Source: Iphione sp. A-MEVVRFRX5
Taxonomy: Eukaryota
NCBI GenBank assembly: GCA_976226885.1
Contig: OZ320316.1
Location: 64,418,001 to 64,482,000, forward strand
Length of the DNA: 64,000 nt
Direction of reading: 5' to 3'
Below the pieces are notes generated by a model that had not been told where the DNA came from, ran no database searches, and saw nothing but the letters and a program-made list of their open reading frames with translations. The position numbers and the translations under genes are program-made. This document shows, in pieces, positions 1 to 12,911 of this stretch; the first letter of the stretch is position 1, and each line of letters opens with the position of its first letter.

Positions 1-1701
1 TATCTGCTCTATTGACAAAGATGCTCTAATGTGTATTAAAGTATCAGGCACGGAATGTAATCTGTTGTTCAGGTATAAAGCTTGCAATCATAAATCCGGC
101 TGGATATATACATACTTAGTCGTCATGTCGCGCAGTCTGTCGCTCCCGTTCTATTCCCTAACAGACTTTTGTTCCGCGTTCCTTTCCAAACAAAGCTTCT
201 TTATTTTCTGGTGGACCACATACATATACGTACATAAAGGTATTATTATATCTATTATTACGTATAACGAAAACGGAAAAACTGTTGCGTGGAGTAACAA
301 CCCATGACAATTAGTCACTGATAAAGTATACAAAATGCGGGAATGATAAATTTACGACACTACAGCTACACTCTTGTGTCACTCTCCAGAAGTAACCCAT
401 TCATTCTGCTCCCCTAAATATGTATTTCAGCGTCTTTTATATGTGTCAATGCATGGGTATCAGGTACTTTGAGCTAAAACATTTAGCAAAATATCCAGAC
501 CGAATAATTGGGCCTACCGAAATATCTAACAAAAGCAGCTCCACCGTCATCCCCTATCAAGACTACATATTCAATAAATCATCAGAAAAATTGATAAAAA
601 AGTGAATGTTATATCTCTCAAACACAAGGGAGTAGAATTTATCTTTGTGGACAAGATGAACACCTTCCTGACTGGCAAAAACGATGTTTTTAAAATTTGT
701 AATTGTTGTTTCATATATCATGCTTAGCTGCAGGGTTTCCTACTGGAGATACTTTGTAATGTTGTACATGTATATCAAGTGAAAGCCTTTGGTTGTGAAA
801 GCATGTTATTTTGAAAATACTTTCAGCAGATATTTGGTTGCCAGGGGCAACAGGGCATAATTACAAGTAGGCCATAATTTAGAAACTTTACATTTAATTT
901 ATCCTAATTACAATTAGTGGAAGGTAAACATTAAAAGGTTAACATTAAAAGATATTCCTACTGGAAGAAAATAAATTCAATTGAGAAATTGTTTTAAAAC
1001 TGATTTCCAGTGTTTTGATATCTAATGTGTCTCTGTATGTGGTCTGGAACACACTTTGTCATGACTTGTAAGTATACATGTTTTGTGCAAAAATAGTGCA
1101 TCACCATATGTGCTGGTATCACTGGTGCAGATTTGATGCATCATGGGATATTACAAAGACTTAACTGATTTGACATTTATACCTAGAAATGAATTCTTAT
1201 GAAACTGTGATTTTCTTAACAATTTTGATCAAAGAAAGGAAAAGAGAACAGCAGGTATCACATACAAAGAGAATATACTAATTATGTAATATTACATAAT
1301 ATTTGTATTTTGATATAGCTGCCAAAAAAGTAATCATGGATTACAATTTCATCATCTTCTTCAGTGAGCAGTCTAGAAATGCTTGAAATATAATATCAAG
1401 GTAAATTGTCAGCCTCATAGTTATATATCTTAATCGAATGTCTACAATTCAATGTTTTAAATCATTTTGTCAGGGTTATTTCCATGAATATAAATGGAAA
1501 TATTTACAACCAAGGTACATTTAAGCTATCCTAACAGATCATGTGACAACTATTTCATGGTAACCAAGTGTATATTGCAGATTTCAAAAGACAGTGAATG
1601 GCTTTTGATATCAGCTAGTTTTGTGGCAAATCCATGAAAAAATCATCTAGCCCCTGGTTGAAAATGATCGATGAGCTTATGGTCGGTCAGGAAGGAGATA
1701 A

Positions 1702-2301
1702 GGCCCAGTTTCTTTCCTGCATTGGTGTCCGGATGCATTTCTATACATTTCTTTCTGTTCTCATCCCTTTTTTAAGGTCAGGTTGATATCAGTGTAGGAT
1801 GTCTTTGGGTGAGTGTGTGTGCATGAGGCTGCATTAGGCTGTGTGAGCTTCGTATGTTCATTATCAGACACTGCTCAATAATTTCATGGACACCTGAACA
1901 CGTGCAAGGCAACGCATGGCTATTTCCTCACTTTTCGTCCCTTTACCTCATTTTTCCTGTCATTTTTTTTCCTGTCACTGCTTGTACCCTAAAATTCCAT
2001 TCTCTTTCTTACTTTCTTTACTTTCGTACATGCCTCATCATTTTCCCCAGTTTTTCCAGTCAACGTCATCCTTTTTACCATTTTCCTCATTATTTCTACC
2101 AGTTTCCACAGACATTCCCATCAAATCTGTCCTTTTTATACATTTCCTCATTATTTTTGCCGGTTTTCCATCCAGTTTCCATCTGTGAAACACCCCTCTC
2201 CCTGGTTCTGCATGAGGCTGCATCTGAACAAACCAAATGGTGATGCAGCCAGAAGCCTCACGCAGCGTCATGGATATGAACACATGTAAAGAAACATAGC
2301 C
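1702..2301. mobile_element. ~600 bp PIF/Harbinger-type MITE
   Basis: Ends TAA|GGCCCAGTTTCTTTCC (1699-1717) and GAAACATAGCC|TAA (2291-2304): imperfect TIRs starting GGC with a TAA duplication on both sides. The first ~120 bp align by eye with the reverse complement of 17300-17421. Confidence 0.65.
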
Positions 2302-2499
2302 TAAACCATTCAACACCATCAATAAAGCAATAATTCAAATGTTGACCTACAAAGATGCCCATATCCTTGAACACACTGACCACCACTAGCTTTAACGAAA
2401 GAAGTATGCTTAAATAAGAGAATTAATAATGCAAATGCGACTATAATATTTGACACACTGGCACTTAAGCAAGGACAATATGACCTCATTTGAAGAACA

Positions 2500-3700
2500 A
2501 AGGGAAAGAATATAGTCCCTATGGGGAGACCGTGTGAATTTTTCCAGCACAACAGAATCCTCGAGAACACTATCCAACTTGTATGGAGACCTATCTAAAG
2601 ATTAACGCTTAATTAATAAAAAGGATTTCAGCAAATACTAAAATTATTCGTCAATCTAAATCACAATAGAGATAAGGAGACAATTCCACATCTACCTGTC
2701 ACAGAACCTATGGAAGATATTATTCTCGTGGAGGAAGCCATTTTACCACGCCAATACTCAGTACATCCATTGTATTACGTACAAAGGTAAAGGTGAGCAA
2801 CGTTTGAATCAGGGTGCATAAAGTAGCTTGCTTCCTCATGTTAAATGCCGCAACAGTGCTGAATATATACATAGGATCACTTAGTAGTATGCCATGGTCA
2901 TCTGGAGATCCAACTTATGCCCAGGCTACTGCGGGCATTGTATCCTTCTTATGGGATGAACCTTACACCACATTTACTGGGTCAAGAGGCAGATCTGCAG
3001 GCAGTGTGCGCAAGCCAGTTCAGTCCCTGAAGCATCCATTGGTAACTTTGGAAATAGAGATGAACCTGGACCGGTGTCCTATTGGGTACTGCAAATACGC
3101 AAGAATGTGAGACTGAGAATAACTAAGTAGCAATATTCAATCAAGCACAGGAAGCAACATAGTTGCCTGTCACACTATGATGGTTTGGTATTATGTCTTG
3201 TGCTCTCAGATGACAAATGAGCTGATGGGCGCGAGCTACAAGGTATCGATGAACTAACTCGGACAACACAATAGAGATTGATCAGCCGGCCAAATAGCAC
3301 CGGTGTCAGGCAAGGATGGATATGGGATAGAAAATGCACCTCCATGAAGTCTCATGCACTCAAGGGGTCTTTGCAGTGCGTTTATGACTGCCACTGTCCA
3401 GAATGACAGAGCTGTGTCCTAACATGTTGAAGACCGTCATGCTTGTAATGTTCCTGCGTCTCATTGGCCCTCCATCACAGATGATGCTGCACGTTAACAA
3501 TGATCTTGCAAACACTTACCTCCTATGGAGGCCAGGATAGACTCGATACAGAAGTACTCAGAATTATCAGGACCAAATCATGCCATATCGACATCAGCGG
3601 CCATATCCTCACGGCGTCAACTGAAAGGAGCCTTCCTCTCCATCTCTGCAAGTCGATAACAAATCAGTAATTTTCACGTGTGTCCGGGTACGAGGGCCAT
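2500..3700 (+). mobile_element. Heavily decayed LINE ORF2 remnant (CR1/L2-like)
   Basis: Frame-broken patches lie in the expected order: PVTEPMEDIILVEEAI (pre-RT linker), IDELTRTTQ*RLISRPNSTG (like LSWxxHIxxIxxKANSTLG) and RLDTEVLRIIRTKSCHIDI (C-terminal region). No intact RT motif. Confidence 0.35.
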
Positions 3701-4112
3701 GGTAGGCTTCAGGCAGAGCGGCTAAGGAATGTGTGGATCCGTCACGTGCATGTGTAAAGATTCCGTTTCTGAACAATATGGCTGTTCAGCTACGACGTTG
3801 TTACTTTCATCATTCTGGAGAGAATGACGCAATTGAAGTATTGCCAGGATAGGGACCTACACCAAAACGTGCAAGTTGGATGATGAAATGTGATAACGTT
3901 GAAGCAACATGATTGGGATTCTTTTTTCTTTAGCCTTACCAAATATGCCGGCACCTTCATTGGCGCCAGTTAACGTGTGTTTATTTCTAGATTGGACCCG
4001 ACTTTTGTTGGTCTGGTGATACATCAATTAAAACACTTATTGTCATTGACGGGATATGAATTGTATTGCAGGATGATGAAATAAAATTGAATTGAAATTC
4101 GGCATGACAACT

Positions 4113-5700
4113 TCAGACCTTGTCATTTACAACGCCCATGATAATCCCCACCACTGCTAAATGGGACACAATCGTCTTGCAGATAGGCCAAGTATGAACG
4201 GAAATGGTCCTTGTACTTAGGAGTGTATGTTCTTGAACTTGGCTAAACATGGAATTCTGTCCATTAAATTTAAAAATACACCACGCAGGAAGGGGATACG
4301 GCCCATACACTTGTAAGTCAATCGACCTTTAATGCTAATATCACTTGTTTTTAAATACGGCGCCCTTGTATCCCATAGAACTGCCAGGTTTGGCCAGAGA
4401 AAGCATTCGTCTGGTGGGTTGACCAAGGTAAACAGGAAAAAAGTCTGGACAATTGTCTTTCTTAACATTGACATATTTCTGCTTGTTGCCAGGTAGGAAC
4501 TCTATGTACTCCGCCAGGTGCCTTTTACTAAACTAATCAATTCGTCTACAGATTCTGTTCTGACATTTATGTCAATGTCATGCGCCTGTTTAGTCCGCAA
4601 ATTATTAATGCGAAAATCTGGCAGCAGTCTTTGGTATGTGGCGTGCGGGCTTCTAGTCGTCTCCTTGCTGCTGTCAGCCGTTGTGTCCCAATCGGCAAAC
4701 ATGGTGATGAGGAACTGGCACAGTCATTCTGCTGTTTTTGCTTTTCCCACTGGTGCGACTACTTACATTGCCATTTGCATATTCCTAACTGGTAGGAATG
4801 CTAGATTCCTATGAGAGGAAATAATAACAATCCAGATTGTAGAAAATGTACTACCTTTTGGCGATTGCTTACCTGGATGTACATAGGAAGAAGAACCTTG
4901 TTTATTTCTGCTACAGAGATTTGCTGTCCTACCATGCTAGGTCACCCCTCCTTGCGTGGTGAAACACTGTTAAGACAGCAAGTGTCACACCTGAGTATCC
5001 TGTGCAACCTAATCTGCCTGCTCATTAGGGCATGCCGGACAGTCCAGAAGAATCTCCTATATTGCGGGAAAGCAAGGCTTGCATCCATCGTTAATATATT
5101 GTCTTCATACTGAAGCTTATCTTTGATGGTAACGTCACCAAGTTGCTAATGTGAGAATTGCTTCTGTAGATACTATCAGGCACTTAGAATCATACAGCTA
5201 CTGAGGCCATGTAGCTACAGAAAGCTAAGGTAGTGTTGCAATGTCGGACTTGTCGACCGTCAGGGTTCGTCTGTGCGCATGATTAACCTGAATCTGAGGA
5301 TGTGGAGCATGTGTACGGAAAGGGGACCAGTGGGGAAGATGAATACTGACCTCTGATTCCCTGGGTCACATAACTGACACTCATAGGCAATAGGTAGTGT
5401 GCTTGCTTGGGAAGAGGCTGTAAAGGAAATTCTGCTAAATAAAAGTGTGTGGTTAATGGCGCCGTCTACTTCCCGTATCTGGCTGCAATGTGTTTGCATT
5501 GTTGTATTCCAAGGTATACATTATGAGGCAAATCTCCAGTTATCATGCTGTCTAAATTGTCTTTGTAAATGCCACTTGTCTCCGTGTCACCTGTTTGATT
5601 GTCCTCATTGTTCGGTGAAGTAGGAATATGATAATTCTTTGAAGTACAGTCATGTAAAGTGGGTTGTAGTCGCAATCGCCTTTATCTATGATGACAGATG
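4113..5700 (-). pseudogene. Decayed, apparently intron-containing coding sequence of unknown family
   Basis: Protein-like segments broken by stops and frameshifts: LPIAYECQLCDP; GDVTIKDKLQYEDNILTMDASLAFPQYRRFFWTVRHALMSRQIRLHRILRCDTCC; HATYQRLLPDFRINNLR; KDNCPDFFPVYLGQPTRRMLSLAKPGSSMGYKG; IDLQVYGPYPLPAWCIFKFNG. A short intron-like unit CAG|gtaagc...ttcctctcatag lies at ~4810-4872. Confidence 0.5.
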
Positions 5701-6952
5701 TTAATAACGTTCATAGGAAGTAATTCAGTAAGGGTGTATTATTCTCGTGTCTGTAATGAGCATATAGAGTAAACAAGAGGCGGAGGAGACTTCGTATGTT
5801 TATATAGACACGTTTTCTACTCCAATCCAACATCTACCGCTCTCTCAGATGTAGGGATCCCTCCATTCACATTAAGTAGTATAGATTAGTTATATTTTCT
5901 GACTTTAACTATTAATTCGAACATAGCTCAATACAACCCTCTAACACAAACATTGACTATTAAGTTAACATATATTCTGGCCAAATGCATTTACAGGGTG
6001 ATCTATAGCAGGAATAACACATTTAACTGCTATGTAAAACATGAAACGATAGTCGGCACCACAACAATTTCAAGAGCCATTTAGAAAGCTATTCAGTACT
6101 ATCAACAATTTCTATTCTGTCCGTGTCTTTAGTAGACTGTCATTCGGCAGCACTAACGCGTGTTTTTCCTTAACATGAAAAGAAAAACTGATCAGTTTGG
6201 CTAGCTAGGGAAGCTTCACTACGAATAGGGGGCTAAAAGGCCTATGAGCACCAAAGGGAGAGAAGGTCGAAGGGGGTGGGGGCAAAAGTCTGGGTAGAGC
6301 AAAGGTTCAGGTGGTCAAAACTCATATGACCTCTGAAATTCATGTGCAATAGAAGGCAGAGTACCTCGAAACAGTGACAGAGACTTCAAGCAAATCTCCC
6401 CTAACACCACGGGGAATTCTCCTAGATCCCTCTCTTCTCACATGCAATATGGACTTTAGAATGTCTCTATCAATTGGGGTAAAAACCCTCTGTCCCTTAG
6501 GTGTCAACTAGATTGCTGGCCAAAACCCGTCCCATTGCTGGCGTCACTGTCTCAAATGAATTGATATTTTGGCAGCCAAGAGATTGATCGTTTTCGTTAT
6601 ATATTTAGCCCCCTATCGAAACAAACATAAAAAGATCTATATTGACATGATGAATTGGTTTCTATAGTTATCTGGATGATATAAGGAGTGAAATGCTCTT
6701 ACTTCATCATTCTTACAAAACTGTTTTCGGCCATGTTATGCCCAAACCAATTTTCGACACTGGGACGAATGGGAAAGGCGTTAAGACGGAGTTGGATTAA
6801 TGGTTGTGATTGGAGGTCTTCCTATGAAAGAAGAGATAGCTCTCTGACCATCCCACGGTGCAAGGGGCTTTAGAGGCCTGGGTAAGACTGTGTGTGTGTT
6901 GGTGTGTGTCCAAGGCTTCATCATCCCCAGACACTCAGCTCCTCCCCTGTAG

Positions 6953-7100
6953 TCCGATTAGGTGCAGATCGCAGGCTCTACCAGAGGTTGCAGAGGTTCT
7001 CAGTGGTCGCGTCAATCCCCGCATCAATCCCCCGACCACCAACATCTACTCTTCCTACCGACCCATGCAACCGCCCAGTCATCTCATATTCTATATGCAG
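6953..7100 (+). CDS. Candidate isolated coding exon (PIRCRSQALPEVAEVLSGRVNPRINPPTTNIYSSYRPMQPPSHLIFYMQ)
   Basis: Pyrimidine-rich acceptor ctcctcccctgtag and donor CAG|gttgga; C-rich third codon positions in this frame. Weakened because all three + frames are open here and no partner exon was found. Confidence 0.25.
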
Positions 7101-9659
7101 GTTGGACGGACTTTTCGACTTTTCGACGGTATATTAGAATTTTATTGGTTTACAAAATAATCTTTTTCATCCGATGTAATCCCTCATGTTAATGCTCCGC
7201 CATTAAGCATCGATATGGAAATTTGGTGTTGGAGAAAGCTAACGTTTCATCTGGTTAATTACTTGGCTGAAGATAAAACAGGCCTTCACTTTCTCTGCAT
7301 ATAAATTTGTTCGAACATGTGCGATTAGAATGAGTATTCTTACATTCTCTGGGTATAGTTAGATTTCAACAAATTTCGTATGCGACTTCGTAACCCCGCC
7401 AGTGAAAAAGGTTTGGCCTCCACCCTAGTACGGTGTTTTACTTTCCACTCACACGAGCGCCTTTACACGCCACTGTTTGATGTTAGACTGCAGAAATATT
7501 TAAAGCTTATCAAATTGGGTTCAGTCTCTTATAAATGATAATAAATTGTGTGACAATAGGGGGCCAATAGCCGATGGAGCATTTCCTGATGAGAATATGG
7601 ATATCATTTCCGAACAAATCTCTGACAATTTTTTAAGCGTCCCGAATAGAAACATATTTGTCACAATCATGAATTAAGCACGAAGTGTATGCTCATTTCC
7701 CAGATAGATCCATGGTGTATTTGCCTAACTTTGTAATATTTTAGAGCAAATCACTTTTCAATTGCCTTTCGAAGATGAATGTCCATTATGAATAATATAA
7801 AAGGCCGACGCAGTTAGGATGGATGCGCACGCTGGTTTGTTGACCGCAAGGAAGCGATTCCCCTCCTTCTCCACAGATAACCGCATGAGACTGGATCTTC
7901 GATGGGGTAGCTGTACGTAGGGCGTCTTCATCAGTCAACTGCATCCTTGTGCATGTAGAGTGTCGGATTCCCATCACCGGGTCAAAGGGCCGAGACGCTC
8001 TGAGAGTACAGCAGCTTGAAATATTGGGAACGTATCTTGCGCCATCCCTCAAGGCATCAGCAAGGAGTCAAGAGTGTTTCCAAACATGTGTTGAGTATGC
8101 AGGATACATATACGGCATCATGCAACTGTAGTATATAGTTTCGTCAAAAATGGTCAGTAAATACAGAACGGTGATGAGATACGCGTGACGGAATATAGTC
8201 GCATATAGCGGTCTATATTGTAAAGAATCGGCACGGTTTTTCTCGGTACGTAGAGACATTTTGTCATCATCATTTTGCTTATTTCATGTTATGAATATTG
8301 CTATTGCACAAAATACAACCCCGAATCGGTCTAAGCTCGGTCATGAATAATAAATAACTGGCAGTAGTATATCCTCCGGTCATATTTTCTCGATCCAGAT
8401 AACCTTTGTAGTGGCTCATTTTGTTGAAATAATACAGTACTTACTTATCCGATCACTACATATTGATTAATGCCCATATCTGCCAATCACTTTCACATTT
8501 AACTGATCCCAAACGACATTATTTCCACAATTATAAGAGCAATAGGTGCATCGGGTCATGGGGTGCACATGTACTTATGGGTGTCATCGATCAGCTTTAT
8601 TCAACCTTTCACACTGAAAACAAAACACACTTAGGCCTACTTTCTTTCCAGAGTTATTTGTAATTCTACAGAAGCCATCATTGAAAAATCTAAAGAAAAC
8701 TTTAAAACCGTGTTACGAGAAAGTAGTCAAAGCCAAGAATTTGAAAATTTAAAGTTTGAATTTCCAACCTAAGTAAGGACTGTCTTGCGTGATGGCTCTT
8801 GCTAGCGCCACGAGCGACCTTCCCAAGCCTTCATAAAGATACTCCCAGTTTTACGGTGTTTCCTGTGACTGAAAGACAGCACAACTGGAGATGCGCACTC
8901 ATGTCGCCACGTAGGGAATGGATCGATGGCGTTTCTTGTGTCCCGTCTTTTTCCCTACCCAAACAGCCTCATCAAACATTAAATGTTCAAACTGTCAGTG
9001 AGACAGAACACAGTCCATGTCCCATTGTAATCAAGCGGCTGCCAACAGTGAGATGTGTCATTGCTTCACTGCAACCTGATAGAGACATGTAGCCAAACCA
9101 TAATTGGGCTGTTAAAAAGTACTATTCCAAAGTGGGACGGGTTTTGGCCAAACATCAGGCTACTGTTTCTCAACGACCAGGTAAAGGGACTTTGCGTACG
9201 ACTCTCTGGCGCTGTGGTTATTCGGCGCTTGCCAATCCGTCCGCGGGATCTCCTTGTCCTGTACACTCTTCCACTGTCTGGTTTCATCGTGTGCCGTTTT
9301 AACACATTACAGAATAAGATCATTTCCCAACTGTAGTGTTGCCTGCATCATGATGGCATGCAAATGATTTGAATGGCATATGTTCTTACAAGTGTGCAGT
9401 TCGGTAAAGGCTACGTTCACGGACCAGATTGTATTAAAATTAACCCTAGAACTCTTTAGTTGAAATTACTTTACTATCCGTATTTTCAGGGCAGGCGTCT
9501 TAAGTAGTTAGACGAGTCGTGCATATGTATTATAGTATTCTCATAGAACATCAAGTGGGTGAATTTGAGCCTTTGAACATATTGTGCGAGCCATTGCCTG
9601 CCTCCAGTGTAAACCTTCGATCATGAACGAATTATTTTGATAGTACCAAAGACTACCTG

Positions 9660-10530
9660 ACTATAAAACATGAATTCCAACTGATTTTACGTTATCTGTC
9701 GACGAAAAGTACTTGGCTGCGTTAAGGACAACAAAGCCTTTGATGGATCCGCCTCGTTTTGTAGGCCCTAGCCCTTTCCATATATTGCCAAGATTGGTGT
9801 GATTTGGCACATGTTGCGGAGATGGACTTGAGTTGCCGCCATTGCCCTTTGCCATTGTCCAATTCAGTATGAGCGCACGCAGTGAATACGTCTTTACTTT
9901 AGACTCGCGGCCCCAGGAGGCGCTTGTGAGAGTGTGGCGAATGGAACAGCCCGCAGGTGTCACGAGGGCTGTCAGAGCGATAGGTTCATTTCCATTGGCT
10001 GAGCTGGGAGGTTCAGTTACCGATCACTGACTAGAGTAGTCGGCGGCAACGCTTAAGGTGGCAGGCACGAGGAGTCCTATTGGCTCTTTGCCTTGGTGGG
10101 TTGCAAAGGTCAATGAAGGTTTCATTAGAAGATAATGTAAGTAGCCGTTTTCATAGCCAAACACCGGGGACGACTGGCCCAAAAGTCAAGGTCCATCATG
10201 GTGCTTGTCAGTCGCTGGCCCAGCCTACAGACCGTGCTGCATATCTGCCGGCTGAGGTGGATGCCTGGTCGCTTTCTATTAGCTGCAACACGTTAGTGGT
10301 GACCGCCCTTTACGGGAAGGCGTGTGGTCGCCAGAAAAATCCCCACAAGATGCCTAATTAAACTGCCCACACCATCGGAGGTTGTGCTGCAACCACAGAC
10401 TCGATCATTGGCGTTGCCCACACTCGCTTACTCTCGTCTGCAGCAGTGGAGGCAGTCCTCTTCATCCCACTTCCCAGGACTTAACCGAACCCAAACCAAC
10501 CACAGCTTAATGTCACCGCCTGCTTCCTGA
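9660..10530 (+). mobile_element. Very decayed DIRS-like pol/YR remnant
   Basis: Colinear weak patches: SDRFISIG*AGRFSYR (like DRFASxxNxxLxRFNSR), IMVLVSRWPS (like GTLVVPxWPS), then LPTPSEVV...HFPGLNRTQTNH (like the YR N-terminus). A minus-strand RNase H-like reading is also possible, so the strand is uncertain. Confidence 0.3.
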
Positions 10531-10984
10531 TGTTACCTATTCTGCCTCAATTTTTATTCGATTCCCCTTCTCGTATAAGTGTTATGCAAATGTGAATGTA
10601 TCAAATCTATTCCATTACGCATACTTTGGATAATTATATCAGCCACAGCCTTTCATTCCATCCGACATTTTCCTATAAAACAAACAGAGAGGCAAGTTAT
10701 GATGTCCGCGCACTGCCCGGTGGATGGGAATATAAGACAGCGTCTGTATCTAGAAAATCCTTCTTTCTTTGAAACCTCCTCCCACAGACGTCATTGCGCG
10801 ACCAACCACTGGTTCGGCCCGACCACAGTCAGTGTCCCTGACTCTCAAGATAATTAGTCAGGCTTCTCAGTATCGGATAGTAGGATTTCACACGTTTTAT
10901 ACGAAGAGAGTCCCGAAGTAGAGACACTATAAAACGACCATCAGATATTCTCAATCTCTGTTGTCGTAGTCTAATCCTGTATTT

Positions 10985-11100
10985 AGTATTCCACCGGTAT
11001 CGGTGTGTGTGTGTGTGTATGCCCGTTGCGAGCGTGACCTTATCACATGAACTGTCGCGGACCCTTCATAGTTCGTCTATTTTATAGATACATCTGAAAT
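10985..11100. mobile_element. Possible Helentron/HINE-type non-autonomous element end
   Basis: Small hairpin CACCG-gtat-CGGTG (10992-11005) runs directly into a (GT)n microsatellite. This layout is typical of HINE/DINE-like elements. The other end was not identified. Confidence 0.3.
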
Positions 11101-12911
11101 ATACACGTGGTATATACATGTATATTTATATATAGAGGAACACCAACACCAGGGTGGAGTGAAACGAGCTCCTTTTATTCATAACACGCTAAAAGTAAAA
11201 ACTACGTGGAGACTAGTTACACATACAGAACGTCATGGATAGATCATATGTTACTCACAATATTATTACGGCAGTGTCTAGGCACTAGCAAATGGGATGC
11301 GTTCTCCTCTGTATTCATATATAGGCCATATATGACATATATATAAATTACCAATAATGCATATACTTGTAGGAATGTACATGCATATGTGCATAAGCCC
11401 TTTTTGTAATGTAAACATCTCAGAAAATGGCCCAATTCTGTGCACTTATGTTTTTTTTATGTTGCATTTTACAGCTTTCTCTCTCAGATAGAAGGTGCAC
11501 ACTCTAAACCACCCCTTTATCTATTAGTTCATAGTGAGCGACCGTTCCCCCCAGACTAAATGAGAACAGCATACTAGTATCACTTTCTCTCTTTAACTCT
11601 ATTTGGCTTTTCCCTTACATCTAATGGGATGTACAATATATGTAGTTTGAGTTACTGTTAATCGTACAATCCAGTTTTTCTCCACACTCTCAATCCTTGA
11701 CTCTCTCTCCAAACCCTAGAGTTGCCTTTTCTGCCGTTAAGCTTATTTGCCAACTGCTAGGTTTCACCATAGAGGTCGCACACATGTTGGTTGACATCTA
11801 TGGGCTCTAAGTATATTCATGATGTAGTGGGGATGTATTCTGATGAGCCCCACTTGTCTTTTCTCTCAGCACTATGAGGTCGGTTTGCAGCAATGGTATG
11901 GTAGTTCTACTGCCATCAGACTACCTGGTACCTAATATACAAAAGGCATTTTTAGCTGTGTCTCGCTAGCCATATCCGTAATGTACCAGCGGTATATATA
12001 TATACCCATAAGCACTTATTTTTATGAAACTATGGCATGGCTAAACAGCCGATTGTGATACATGCGTAACAACTAAAGTTGTCCAACTAACAAACGGAAA
12101 TAACGCATTATCTTTGTACAATCTCCCATTATATCACAGAAAAACAAATGATGGCTTGATTGACACTTCAGTAATGCCGCAGTTGTTCCTTTGTCTTATA
12201 CATGGGCGAATAGTACATTTGAGAGAGGAAGAAGGATACCATCTGCTTTTCTCTTTACTTGTATATTTTAACTGTTTGTTTCACACATTATTTTGTCATA
12301 TTGGAGATCATGCGGGTGTCTCTTGATGGGGTTAAAGAACTCAAGTTAAAAATGAGAGGCAATATATAAAAAAAATCTATTTCTTCAGGAAGGCAGTCTG
12401 GGGGTATTGCTTCAAGATAAGATCCCCGTGAGCCTCCTTAGGGCCGGTTTCTTTACCTGCATTGAGCTGCATTCCCCTGTGTTTGCTATCCTTGTGCGTT
12501 AACATGCGTTTTTCATACCTTTTACTGCCATGCAGCCTAACGGATAGGAGTGCCATTTGACCCTGCGTAATGACTGTGTGACAGATCTATGTTATATCTA
12601 TCATATAGGGATGAAAAAAGATGAATTTCATGCTCAAAGCTGCGAAAATTGGCAGAAATGAAAGGAAAATGATGCAAACGGACACAGAGTATGCTAAAAG
12701 CCACGAAGATCGGCAGAAATGAGAAGGGGAAAATGAGGACAAAGAACAAAGATGTTGCTAAAAGCCATGTATATGGCTGTCTTGCGAGGTAGACATAGGC
12801 CCAACCATGGGGCTGATTCTTGTTTAACCTTGACAAAACACACCTGAAGTGTTAACCATTGCTCTTTCCAGGAGGGAGAGATATCTCCCATGCCAAAGGG
12901 AGTTACGCCTG

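Noticed and set aside
837-851. RFX X-box-like GTTGCCAGGGGCAAC
   Set aside because: No nearby exon or promoter. GGTTGCC...GGCAAC words are common in invertebrate interspersed repeats, and the surrounding 700-1600 looks repeat-derived.
1854-2243. 129-aa Phe/Ser-rich ORF and overlapping ORFs
   Set aside because: They translate the pyrimidine-rich interior of a MITE.
6143-6153. TTCGGCAGCAC, matching the U6 snRNA 5' region
   Set aside because: Only 11 nt, and the flanks do not continue the U6 sequence.
7150-7290. GAAACGTTAGCTTT on the minus strand, like the end of a Penelope hammerhead
   Set aside because: The upstream CTGANGA and stem II are absent, so the evidence is insufficient.
7900-7940. 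CTGATGA...GAA on the minus strand as a hammerhead
   Set aside because: No stem II and GAAG instead of GAAA. Other CTGATGA hits (7586, 11839, 20390) also lack the core geometry.
6517-9150. 18-bp inverted match TGGCCAAAACCCGTCCCA (6517-6534 versus 9133-9150)
   Set aside because: The similarity does not extend and there is no TSD. Probably two fragments of a common small repeat rather than the ends of one element.
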